Source: Nemertoderma westbladi
Lineage: Eukaryota > Animalia > Xenacoelomorpha
Length of the DNA: 45,999 bases
Assembly (NCBI GenBank): GCA_032718475.1
Contig: JAUCBJ010004658.1
Location: 1 to 45,999, forward strand
Direction: 5' to 3'
Positions within the stretch are counted from its first letter, which is position 1. The number at the start of each line of letters is the position of its first letter. Under the pieces are notes generated by a model. The model did no database searches, was not told where the DNA came from, and saw only the letters and a list, made by a program, of their open reading frames with translations. Positions 1-11,132 of this stretch are shown piece after piece. The position numbers and the translations under genes are program-made.

Positions 1-261
1 CTAAATTCCCTTCGTCATTAAATAATTCATTGCAATGCAAACAGGAACTGGTATCTGAAGAAGATACCAACTCCCCAACAGTTTCATTAGAACTACCGGA
101 ATCTGTTGTTGCACAACTGAGTGTCGCTTCTGTACCTTCAGTTTCAATAGGCCTACCATAAGAACACTCTGGGCTGTCGTTTTCCCGTTTTTCAACAATA
201 AAAGAATCTCCAGATGGTTCATAAGAAATATCTTCGTCATCTAGTACAGGGACAACATCTA

Positions 262-1526
262 CAGGCGCGGATCCAAGGGGGGGGGGGGGGGGGGGGCAAA
301 ATCGTGTCGTGATAATAGTCATCACCCGGTTTACGTTTTCTCATTAATATAAAATAAATGTTATGAAAGTATTGCTATATAGCTACTTAGCTGACCACGT
401 GATTCAATTACAGTGTATCCAACCACGTTAATAACTCAGCCAAATCTCGATAAAATATATCCAAACTTGGTACACATGTAGTCTGGCCAAAGTATATAAA
501 TTTTCCAAGTTGAATTTGCGTGGGGTCTTCCTGCAGCATCTGTGTAACTGACTTACAGTTATAATAAATTAGTCTACCCAAAAATTATTAGTCTTGGCAT
601 CAGCTGGTTGCTAGGAGACTACAGGATTACAGTACGGTACCGGTACTGTTAACTGTTACAGTGGTACAGAGTTACCGGTACCGTCTTCAGGTGGAATAAT
701 CCACCAGAATAAAAACGAATTTAAAGACAAACCTCATTATAAACCAATATATCAGCACTTTGTTCACTTCTTTCTTCGTTGGCTACTCAATTATTTTACT
801 ACTTCTTAATATTTATTAATAATTTATCTTTTGCAATCTTTTATCGTCTTTCATCTTATAGTTTCACTTTAACAACTATCATATCGGTACTAATATGAAG
901 CGAACAATGAAGGATTTTTTTGGAGTTTTAGAAAAATCGGCGCGATTGGAGGTGGAAGAGATGATGGTGGCCATTGTACCGGATCCGGAAGTGGCGAGTA
1001 CAAGTAGTAGACAGGCGGATAACCAGACGGCAAGCAGAGATAGCTACGATATATGTGCGGAGCTGGCGCCTAACAAAAGGAATATAGGATATGGACTACT
1101 AAATAAACATTAATCTGATGGGGAACAGTTGGAGTTGGAGCGAACATTTTCAAAACTTAAGCTTTTGAAATCGTACTTACGTGCCACAATGACAACCCCG
1201 ACTAACTGATCTGGCTTTACTTTCAATCCACAAGGATATCAAACTCACACCAGATGAGATAATTAATGAATATCTGAATATGCTGGTCGCCAGGCCCGTC
1301 GATTACTGCTCATTTAACTATTGCCGGTATAAAATTCATTATTGTATTATACAATAGGCTAATTGTATAATTATTACTTTTATTTTAAAAGATTAATATT
1401 AAAATATTTTAATGCTAATATATTTAGTATATAACGAAAATTTAAATGGTTTAAAAAATTGATCTGGGGGTATCATAGTTTTAGCAGCTTAGCCCCCTCC
1501 GAAAAAAATTCCTGGATCCGCGCCTG
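262..1526 (+). mobile_element. Non-autonomous, internally deleted hAT DNA transposon
   Basis: 14-bp TIR CAGGCGCGGATCCA at both ends. 8-bp TSD AACATCTA at 254-261 and 1527-1534. Empty site visible in paralog B near 42168. Confidence 0.92.
895..1280 (+). pseudogene. hAT transposase remnant (N-terminus joined to C-terminal dimerization domain)
   Basis: ORF MKRTMKDFFG..., then from ~1132 ELERTFSKLKLLKSYLRATMT.../LTDLALLSIHKDIKLTPDEIINEY (with a frameshift), the hAT C-terminal dimerization motif. Catalytic core is missing. Confidence 0.8.
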
Positions 1527-1843
1527 AACATCTACTCTACCGAACAAATTGTTGTGATCTTCGATGGGAGATGATCCGTAAACGCACTTCTCTTGTTTGA
1601 CATCAAGATAATAAGGGGTGGAGTCTGTTGGTTCTCTCTTTATAATTATACAGTCTGTTTGTTCTTTCTTTATAACTATACCGGCGCCAGATGATTTCTC
1701 TTTCAATAAATGTTGATCCATTATCAAATCTTCAATAAATATTAATAAATAAATTAAATACAAGTGGCAGTAATTTAAGGTATGTTAAGCTATATATCTC
1801 TATTATAAATTCAAACTCGTATATTTACTCGTATATATATATA

Positions 1844-3998
1844 CTAGAAAGCCCGTGGCCCTTCGGGCCACGGCTTTCTAGTTCACAAGCCTATTATTCA
1901 CCTTTCCAAACATTAATTAATTAACTTAACTTAACAAAACGTCACATGATTGAGTGTTCTCTCAAACAAAAGGACTGAAGCTGTTTTACTTTTCAAATAT
2001 CTACATACTACGTACAACATAAGGCTTAGTTTGTATAAAGTAGATAAATACCTGCCAAGTATCATTTCCAAAGGATTACAAATAGTAAAAATATGCAAGA
2101 AGGTTAAACTGTAGAACTGCAGGTGGTTATCATCCTCATAAACACAACCTATAGTTTATTTAGTTTAGTAGGTAGTGCACAGTACTTTTAGATCGCTGCC
2201 AAGAATAAACTCGAAAGAATTTAAATGGGAGAAGGATTTCACTTTCAGACAATTCGTCCCCTAGTGGCGGACTGGAGAACTGCAGACTGGTCAACGTCCT
2301 TCCCAAAGACGCAGCTTATGATGTAGTACAGTAGACCTCGCCAAGTATCAGCCTAAAAGCATTTTTAATAAATAAATGTGAGAATGTTTTCACTTTTCAG
2401 ACATTTCGCACCCTCTAGCAGTATACTGGAGAACTGCAGACTGGTTAGCATCCGCCCCAAACACACAGCCTATGGTGTAGTATACCTTTCCCAAGTATAA
2501 AAAAAAGCATTAGAAACAACGAAATGGGAGAAGGTTTTCATTTCAGACATTTCACCCTCTAGCGGCAGACTGAGGAATTGCAGATTGGTCAGAGTTGTCC
2601 ACAAAAACGCAGTCTATGATGTAGTAGACCTCTGCAAAGTATCAGCATAAAAGCATTATTAATAACGAAATGGGTGAAGGTTTTCACTTTCAGACATTGC
2701 GCCCCCTAGTGGCAGACAGAAGAATTGCAGGGTTCTCTGAGTTTGCAGAGTTGGTCTGAGTTCTCCACAAACACGCAGCCTATGGTGTTGTAGACCTCTG
2801 CCAAGTATCAGCCTAAAAGTATTATAAACAACGAAATGGTATAAGGTTTTCACATTCAGATATTTCACCCCCTAGCGGCCGAATACTGCAGGTAGTCGGG
2901 CGTCCTCCATAGACACACACCATATGGTGTAATACACATCTGCCAAGTGTCAGCCTAAAAGCATTATTAATAACGAAATGGGATAAGGTTTTCACTTTCA
3001 GACATTTGGCCCCCTAGTGGCAGACAGAAGAATTGCAGGGTTCTCTGAGTTTGCAGAGTTGGTCTGAGTTCTCCACAAACACGCAGCCTATGGTGTTGTA
3101 GACCTCTGCCAAGTATCAGCCTAAAAGTATTATAAACAACGAAATGGTATAAGGTTTTCACTTTCAGATATTTCACCCCCTAGCGGCCGAATACTGCAGG
3201 TAGTCGGGCGTCCTCCACAGACACACACCATATGGTGTAATACACATCTGCCAAGTGTCAGCCTAAAAGCATTATTAATAACGAAATGGGATAAAGTTTT
3301 CACTTTCAGACATTTGGCCCCCTAGCGGTAGACTGGAGAAATGCAGACTGATTCTAGCTCCTCCCCAAACACGCTGTATGGTGTAGTAGACCTCTGCCAA
3401 GTATCAGCAAAAAAGCATTATAAACAAAGAAATGGGATAAGGTTTTCACTTTCAGATATTTCTCCCCCTAGCGGCAGACTGGGGAATTGCAGATTGGTCA
3501 GCATCCTCCCCAAACACACAGCCTATGGTGTAGAAGACCTCTGCCATGTATCAGCTAAAAGGCTTTAATAATAACGATATGGGAGATGTTTTCAGTTTCG
3601 GATATTTCGCCCCCTAGCGGCAGACTGGAGAACTGCAGATTGATCAGTGTCCTCCCAAACATACAGTCTGACAGTCTATGGTCGGGAACAGATCTGCAAA
3701 GTATCATTTACAACAGATTAAGTCTGGTATCAAAAAGTAGCATAATAGTCGAGACCCAACATGTAGAGTGACAGAATGAACTGCTAGGCCTACCGCGCTA
3801 CCGGTACCAAATTCACGAAATCTGCATTCTCGCAAACAAACGCGCAAAATAAGACTCGAGATAGCGACAGTGCACGTGCTCGTGACGAGAGCTTCCGTTC
3901 GATGTGCCGCGAGCTCCGATTGGTGTTTGTGTGTAGAAACGTATAGACGGACAGACAGACAGACAAACAAGCAAACACATGATATTTATATATATAGA
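1844..3998 (-). mobile_element. Non-autonomous Helitron
   Basis: On the minus strand it starts TCTATATATATAAAT followed by a (CTGT)n microsatellite. It ends in a GC-rich hairpin (CCGTGGCCC-GAA-GGGCCACGG) and CTAG. Inserted between A and T with no TSD; absent from paralog B at ~42490. Confidence 0.85.
2215..3720. repeat. ~150-bp tandem repeat, about 10 units, including a near-identical 308-bp dimer
   Basis: Unit AAATGGGAGAAGGTTTTCACTTTCAGACATT..CCCCTAG(C/T)GGCAGACTGG...CTCTGCCAAGTATCAGCCTAAAAGCATT recurs at ~2223, 2374, 2522, 2668, 2833, 2976, 3141, 3284, 3431, 3577. 2659-2966 is nearly identical to 2967-3274. Confidence 0.95.
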
Positions 3999-4140
3999 TC
4001 AGGTTACGGTGGCTGATTTAGGCCACATTTAATTAAATTTTTTTTTCAAAGAGGATTAAGAAAAAAATAAACTAAATTATATTATTTAGGGGATTAAGAA
4101 AACAGAAACAAATTAAACTAAATTATGTGAATATTGATTT

Positions 4141-4685
4141 TGATTTCTGATTGGTTGAAAAAATAAATAAACTAAATTAAGTATATTTCTGATTGGTTGA
4201 AAAAATAAATAAACTAAATTAAGTTATTTCTGATTGGTTGAAAAAATAAATAAACTAAATTAACTGTATTTCTGATTGGTTGAAAAAATAAATAAACTAA
4301 ATTAAGTTATTTCTGATTGGTTGAAAAAATAAATAAACTAAATTAAGTTATTTCTGATTGGTTGAAAAAATAAATAAACTAAATTAAGGGAGGTTTCTGA
4401 TTGGTTGAAAAAATAAATAAACTAAATTAAGTATATTTCTGATTGGTTGAAAAAATAAATAAACTAAATTAACTGTATTTCTGATTGGTTGAAAAAATAA
4501 ATAAACTAAATTAAGTTATTTCTGATTGGTTGAAAAAATAAATAAACTAAATTAAGTTATTTCTGATTGGTTGAAAAAATAAATAAACTAAATTAAGGAA
4601 GGTTTCTGATTGGTTGAAAAAATAAATAAACTAAATTAAGTATATTTCTGATTGGTTGAAAAAATAAATAAACTAAATTAACTAA
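4141..4685 (+). repeat. Left subterminal array: 13 copies of a 41-43-bp unit
   Basis: TTCTGATTGGTTGAAAAAATAAATAAACTAAATTAA plus a short variable linker (GTATAT, GTTAT, CTGTAT, GGGAGGT). Confidence 0.95.
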
Positions 4686-6986
4686 ATTTAACTAAATTTT
4701 GTGGTACTGGTGTACTGCAGTACTGCCTGGCCGTGGTCTGTGTGTGGTATATGTCTGTATGCTGTACTGCTGTATGATGTATGAATAGAATCACCAACAA
4801 CATGGTAAGGCAGGCTACTGTTAAACTGTAGTACTGGTACATGTGGGGCGAGCCACGAAGTGAGTGAGCCTTAGCGTAGTGGTACCATTAATCAACCTGT
4901 CGTTCTGTCGTTCTGTCGTGTTCAATTTTAAACGTTAATAACTCGGCCAATCTTTGATGAAATCTATCCAAACTTGGTACACATGTTGTTTGGCAAAAGT
5001 TTAGAAATTTTCCAAGTAGAATTTCAGTGTGGCCTTCGAGAAGCTAAGATAATAGCAGTTAATTAGTTAATTAAGTTATTACGGTAAAAACACCATTTTC
5101 AACCTGCCTTTTAAAGGAAATTAATTGTTTTACAGTATAAGATTTAAATAATTATAATTAAAAATTATACAGATGTAATCCCCATACGCCATTCTATTAT
5201 AGTTTTTAATTAGTTCAAGTGATTTGCTTTAATAATTGTGTCTTTAATTGATCTAAAGTAATTAAAACGGCAAAAAAAATTTATTCTCATTAAATACTGC
5301 TCATTTATTGGCCAACATGCTGGTACATAGATGGGATGTGTGTGTCATTCCCAGTTGCTGGGAATGATTATTGGTCAAGTCTCTGCTGCTGGCTGGGAGT
5401 TGTTGCTAAGACTAACCAGAGAGGAATAGTAATAGACAACCAGTATTGCTATTCCAGCCCAGACAGCATTCTTTAAATTCACTATAAATGTTGTATTGCT
5501 ATCTCAGGTGAATGACAGATATCATAACATAAATACTATCCATGGCATGGCTGTTGTGTAGGCTTCTGAAATAGTTTATTCCACAATGTATATGTCTGGT
5601 TATTTTTTAATTGAATTTTTGCAAAGTAGTAAAATTAATGTTCTTAAAAATAATATTATTATTTTATATGTAACCTAGGAAATTAGCTACATTTTTTCGC
5701 TGCAGCTTTAAGAGTGTACATTAATTTAATATTATTTCAATACCCATATTACTACATCGGCATAAGATGCGTTGGCGTTGTATCACACATCTCCACATAT
5801 CACACATATCCACATAGATGTATCAACAGTTACTCGCACAGTTTCGAAACTTCGCATAGTTATAACTGTATAAAGATCGTCAGTCTGCGTTTAGGAAAAA
5901 TATTTTATAACAAAACAGGACAAGCGACGAGCGCAACGAGGCATATAATGAAGACGAGTACTGCGTTGACTAAATTATTATATAAACCACCTGGCTTCAC
6001 ATATTGATCGCATCCCTAGTTATTATTATTATAAAGAACGTCCTAGCCTGCGTTTAAGAAATATATTTAAATACAAAACAGGACGAACGCAACGAGGCTT
6101 ATAATGAATACGAGTACTGCGTTTATTATATTCCTATAAACCACCTGGCTTTGCATATTGAACGTGCGATTGGAAATAAGTTCGTGCTACCCTTCCGTGG
6201 GTGGTAGATGTCGCGGTTATGTATTGGTGGTTGGGAAGGGTGGGGGGGGGGGGGGGGGATTAAAAGGGGTGAACACGTACTGTCCCCCTTTCTTTGATTG
6301 ATTGGTGGTGTGGGTAAATTTCTCAAAACCTGATTTTGTGATACAGTCGCTCAATTTTAATTTGTATCTCATAACTGGGCCTCGTGCTGCGCGAAGGCCC
6401 CACGAACGTGTAGCGTTGTAGTGTAGTAGTCAGGTAGTGGTGCCAGTATGCCTGTATGCTATCCTGATGAATAAGCGCTTCGTTTGACTGTGTTGTGTTT
6501 GATGGCAGGACTGTTCTCAGCTTCTGCTGTTGTGTTTTACTACTGTAATCAGTAGGCCTACTGCAGTAATTAATTAATACCTAGGCCTACGTCAGTACGT
6601 ACCGGTATCTACCTATCAGTCTATCACCGATCGACCGATGTATGTGCACCAGCACCAGGCAGCCAGGTACCAAGCAGCCAAGGCGGGGTACAGTACAGCT
6701 GTACACAGTGAGCAGTGGTAGTTCTGTAGCTGGTCGTACTGTAGTACCGGCAGACCGGTATTATATTAAGCTGTTAAGCAGTACCCTAACGGTCTGACGA
6801 CTGAACGGTTGAACTGAACATGGATCAGGTACCTGTACAGTAGTTAGTTAGTACCACAGTACCGGCTGACCGCTGCCGACAAGCTGACAAGGCAACCCAA
6901 AAACCGGCATACCGGGCAGCCGGGTGCCGCTGGAAGTATAGGCCTACATGCCGGATTTTTACTGTTTTAATCTATTAGCCTACTAA

Positions 6987-9260
6987 ATGGAAGGGGGGCC
7001 TGATGATCAGGAGAAACGCCGGCTTTTAACAGACTTAAGGAGGGATACCTATCTCCGTGTGGATGAAGTTTATCGCATATTTCATGATTCTGCATCAGTT
7101 GATACTAATAGGTCTTCCTCTACTGGTACATCACGCCTGACAGGTCATGTAAATGGTTCACACTCAAACCTATATATGGAAGCTGGGCAATTAACTCAGG
7201 GTACAATTAGTGACAATGCCAATAATCCTATTAGAATTTCACATAACCAGCGGAGTCTAAGTTCTGGTACACGGCGGTTGCAACATCGCCGTCAAGATGT
7301 GCTATCTACTCGAAGGCCTATTTCTAGATCTGTAGGACGTCCGTTAGAGGCAATACGAACAATACATTTTACTTGTAGCATTGATACTGGACGTGGTCAT
7401 AAAGTTCTAAAACATCCTCTGGGGGGATCAAATAAACTTGGACTTAAACTCAGGGTGAACCAGACAATGCAGGAAGTTCGTGAAAGTTTAATTAATACCA
7501 TTTTCTCTAGTGAAGGTGGGGAAAACAGGGCTCTAAAAGTACTGAAGAAAGCTTGTAATAGAGATGACTATTTTTGTACAGTCACAAATACGTTCGGTGA
7601 TAGTATCGAAAGCTTTGAGTCACTGGAGAAGTTCTTAGAGAGTGGTAAAATAGTAGGGATTCCTACAATATCTCTTTTATGTAAGAAAAAATCTTCTTTC
7701 ACTACTACTACTACTACCATAGGCGTACCGGTACCGGTAGTGGATGATCCTGGAATCCGGTGTAATTGTGGTCGCACTGGTTCTGCTATAGAAGTGATCA
7801 ATGGTAAATGTTTAGTTTGTCGCCAAGATTATGAATATAATATAAGTTTAGCTGTAGACAAATCTAAAGGACCTGAAGGTGATGAGGAGTTTATTGAAGT
7901 ACCGGTACCAGTGTATGATGATACAATGGATGTTGAAGTCGAAGTTGAAATTTTGGCGGCAGAAACAGGTGTAGATCCAATGCTCTCAAGTGCAACTGTA
8001 GTTCCAGAAGAAGATAACGACATAGAAATATCCCGAGAACAACTGGCTGAAAGACGATCGGTCTTCTACAGCCGCCAGTTTGAAGATGGTCAGTGTACGT
8101 CTAGTAACGATACTGGTCTTCGAAATGATGGTTTATCTCGTCCAAGGCGAAATGCAAGACCACCTCTGAGATACGGTGACTTTTTAGATAACTCAGCAGA
8201 TATTGACGAAATTATTACCTATGATGATGAAGCCGATATTTCGGGTGGCAATAAGAAGGTCTCAGTGAAACTTAATAGAAGTAATCTATTCAATGATGTT
8301 ATAGGAGTATTTACTGCCCTTGATAATATAACGGTGAATTTACTGGACGTAAGTTTTGTGGATGAGAGGGGTATAGATGATAAAGGATTGACACGAGAAA
8401 TGTTAACGCTTTTTTGGGAAGAATTCTATTTGAAGGGGACAAAAGGTTCCAGTGCTCTTGTACCCACTGTTAGACACGACTGGACAGAGGAGATGTGGCA
8501 TATTATTGGGAAAGTAGCTTGGTATGGATTTGTTAATGAAGGATACTGGCCGATAAGGATATCAAGCATATTCTGTAAGTTTGCTTATTTTGGTGAGACT
8601 GTTGCAAAGACCGGGATTACACCAGAAACGATAAACGGCCTGTTGTGCAACAACGAAATAGAATTAATTAAGAAAATCCGTAATAGGGAACCATTGGAGA
8701 AAGAAGATGAAGATCAACTTATAGACGCATTAGATCAGCTCGGTTGTCGGAAACAATTACGAGCTGACAATGTCGATGAAATATTATTGGAGTTAGCTTA
8801 TAAAGAATTCGTTCAAGTTCCGGCATTTATCGCAAAACATTTCCAGTTGGGCGCCCCTGGTAACCCTTTTAATTCACCTGATGAAATTGATAGTCTATAC
8901 AAAACATTACTGCCAACATACTCTAGTTTGTGGAAAAAACTAAACTTCCCCTTAGATATGTCAAAGGCGCAACTCGAGATTCAAGGTTATCTTAAAAAGA
9001 TGTTGAGGGAGTTCGACCCAAAGTTATTGGAAGCATTCGTTCGATTTGTTACTGGTTCAAATCTTCTTGTATGTGAATTTATTGTGGTTGGATTTTTCAA
9101 GGAGGACAAGTTCCAATCGAGTTTCGGACGTTCGATAACTGCGAGAACATGTACCCCACTGTTAACGTTACCAACAGACTATAACTCCTATATGGAGTTG
9201 AAGGAAGAGATACAGAAACTACTCATGAACGGAATGGGGTACTTATTTTCAGATTATTGA
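6987..9260 (+). CDS. HECT-domain E3 ubiquitin ligase-like protein, 757 aa, transposon-borne
   Basis: Uninterrupted ORF. HECT N-lobe motif LNRSNLFNDV...VSFVDERGIDDKGLTRE. C-lobe FVRFVTGS...ARTCTPLLTLPTDYNSY with the catalytic Cys in TC. Middle region has RQDYEYNISLAVDKSK and acidic linkers. Confidence 0.85.
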   Translation: MEGGPDDQEKRRLLTDLRRDTYLRVDEVYRIFHDSASVDTNRSSSTGTSRLTGHVNGSHSNLYMEAGQLTQGTISDNANNPIRISHNQRSLSSGTRRLQHRRQDVLSTRRPISRSVGRPLEAIRTIHFTCSIDTGRGHKVLKHPLGGSNKLGLKLRVNQTMQEVRESLINTIFSSEGGENRALKVLKKACNRDDYFCTVTNTFGDSIESFESLEKFLESGKIVGIPTISLLCKKKSSFTTTTTTIGVPVPVVDDPGIRCNCGRTGSAIEVINGKCLVCRQDYEYNISLAVDKSKGPEGDEEFIEVPVPVYDDTMDVEVEVEILAAETGVDPMLSSATVVPEEDNDIEISREQLAERRSVFYSRQFEDGQCTSSNDTGLRNDGLSRPRRNARPPLRYGDFLDNSADIDEIITYDDEADISGGNKKVSVKLNRSNLFNDVIGVFTALDNITVNLLDVSFVDERGIDDKGLTREMLTLFWEEFYLKGTKGSSALVPTVRHDWTEEMWHIIGKVAWYGFVNEGYWPIRISSIFCKFAYFGETVAKTGITPETINGLLCNNEIELIKKIRNREPLEKEDEDQLIDALDQLGCRKQLRADNVDEILLELAYKEFVQVPAFIAKHFQLGAPGNPFNSPDEIDSLYKTLLPTYSSLWKKLNFPLDMSKAQLEIQGYLKKMLREFDPKLLEAFVRFVTGSNLLVCEFIVVGFFKEDKFQSSFGRSITARTCTPLLTLPTDYNSYMELKEEIQKLLMNGMGYLFSDY

Positions 9261-9909
9261 TCAATACAATGATGTAAAGAAAGTGTTATTGTATATTAAT
9301 TGTGTTATTTTTTATTGTATATTAATTGTGTTATTTTTTAGATACAAATAATCTTTCTTCTTATTTTCAATAATTAGTTGCGTTCAAGTTTGTTTACAAC
9401 CTTTTTCAGTTGCTGAAGTCCCCCCTCCGGAGCCGGAGGTTTGGTAAGAGAGGGGGGGGGGGGGGGGGGGGGGATTTGCTTTTCAGTTCACACGTAATAC
9501 ACACATAATGTCCTGCGACTTAGATAGATCCTTAGTTACAGCTGATTACTAGTATAAAATTAATATGTAACATGTGCTATCGAGTCTCGTTTGTTGTTTT
9601 GGTTACAATCGGTCCGTCACTATATAACCTGCACCCTTCTCGACTGAAAACAACGACATGAACTGTACCAGCCTGTTGTGGATGGGGGGGGGGGGGGGGG
9701 GGGGTACAGTTGGTTGATTGAAGAGTAATAATCCTCATTTACCTAAGTAAATAATGCAAATCTTATTTACCGCTACCATTGACTGAGGGGTAAAAAATAT
9801 AAATTTTAACAATACATATTATTATATAACATATATATTGATATAATATAGTACACATAATGTTGAATTCACACTACTACATTAACCAATGCTTGTTCGA
9901 TTGAATCTA

Positions 9910-10440
9910 TTAGATATACCAATACATCGGCACATTGCCATAACGTACAGTACTACTTTGCTGAGGAGATATAATATGTGGGTTTCTTGATAAGTAATAG
10001 TCACAGATGTTTGATACAGACCTTCGGCATGTTCGCATGTTAATTGTCATTACCGAGTTAAATCTGTCAATCAGATTGATATCCTCTATACTAACTGGAT
10101 GCAAATAGTTTGGATTATCGACAAACAATATGTCAGGTTTACCCCCAGGTGAAATAAGTCCACTTTTACGAAGTCGGTGGCTATTCCATTGAATTCTAAT
10201 AGAGTCAAGTGTTCTTTGAAGTAAGTCTAAATAAACGTAACGCACTATCTCAATATGTAGATTATTAGATGTGTCTATAATGCCATAAATTTCCAGCGAT
10301 CCAAAGTGAGACAACCAAGTTTGCATGCCGAGCATTGGGAACTTAGACCACCATGATTCAATGCGCTGATTGCGCGTGCTTTTTCCATATATAAAAACTT
10401 GTGGATCAGAAATATTTAGTTCATATAGACGTAAAAGTCG
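9910..10440 (-). pseudogene. C-terminal part of an IS3EU-type DDE transposase (integrase-core-like)
   Basis: Frame extends upstream of the listed ORF to RLLRLYELNISDPQVFIYGKSTRNQRIESWWSKF...WNSHRLRKS...PGGKPDILF. It is truncated at 10440, where it abuts the right TIR array. Confidence 0.8.
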
Positions 10441-10770
10441 TTTAGTTTATTTATTTTTTCAACCAATCAGAAATATACTTAATTTAGTTTATTTATTTTT
10501 TCAACCAATCAGAAACCTCCCTTAATTTAGTTTATTTATTTTTTCAACCAATCAGAAATACAGTTAATTTAGTTTATTTATTTTTTTAACCAATCAGAAA
10601 TAACTTAATTTAGTTTATTTATTTTTTCAACCAATCAGAAATATACTTAATTTAGTTTATTTATTTTTTCAACCAATCAGAAATACAGTTAATTTAGTTT
10701 ATTTATTTTTTAAACCAATCAGAAATAACTTAATTTAGTTTATTTATTTTTTCAACCAATCAGAAATCAA
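10441..10770 (-). repeat. Right subterminal array: 8 inverted copies of the same ~42-bp unit
   Basis: TTTAGTTTATTTATTTTTTCAACCAATCAGAAA repeats, the reverse complement of the units in 4141-4685. Confidence 0.95.
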
Positions 10771-11132
10771 TATTCGCATAATTTAGTTTAATTTGTTTCT
10801 GTTTTCTTAATCCCCTAAATAATATAATTTAGTTTATTTTTTTTCTTAATCCTCTTCGAAAAAAAATTAAATTAAATGTGGCCTAAATCAGCCACCGTAT
10901 CAGGTAGATAGAAAGAAAGAAATATAGAAATACACCGCACCATTAACTTTTATAATAAAATTTATGTAAAAATAGTGAGAGGGTTATCCACACTAAAATA
11001 GTAGCAACACCCAGTTTCAAACATTATAACATATAGGCCTAATGTTTATACCGGTATGTGATAGGGAAGAGGACACATTGAAACAGAGTCAGGGTCCCAG
11101 TCCCCTTATTTTAAATATGAATCTTAACATTT

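Larger units (their letters stand above)
1..1721 (-). pseudogene. C2H2 zinc-finger gene, copy A (N-terminal coding exon, interrupted by hAT; continues beyond the window start)
   Basis: ATG at 1721 (MDQHLLKEK...) follows a T-rich acceptor. With 262-1526 and one TSD removed, the frame is open through ...SSCLHCNELFNDEGNL (first finger). It is closely similar to 42368-41936 + 38959 downward (copy B). Confidence 0.8.
4005..10899. mobile_element. IS3EU-like DNA transposon (defective transposase, intact second gene)
   Basis: Termini TACGGTGGCTGATTTAGGCCACATTT / AAATGTGGCCTAAATCAGCCACCGTA (TAY...RTA). 6-bp TSD TCAGGT at 3999-4004 and 10900-10905. TIR of at least 450 bp. Two convergent genes, one an integrase-like DDE remnant. 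Confidence 0.82.

Noticed and set aside
2659-3978. Short repeated ORFs (69 aa twice, 75, 61, 88 and 62 aa)
   Set aside because: By-products of the tandem repeat and microsatellite in the Helitron.
4141-4685. CRISPR-like array (36-bp constant repeat with variable linkers)
   Set aside because: Linkers are only 5-7 nt and recur, the array is mirrored at 10441-10770 as part of a TIR, there are no cas genes, and the context is eukaryotic.
4007-10897. Tc1/mariner element with TA TSD
   Set aside because: TCAGGT is duplicated outside the TA on both sides, so TA belongs to the TIR. The transposase motif is integrase-like (NQRIE).
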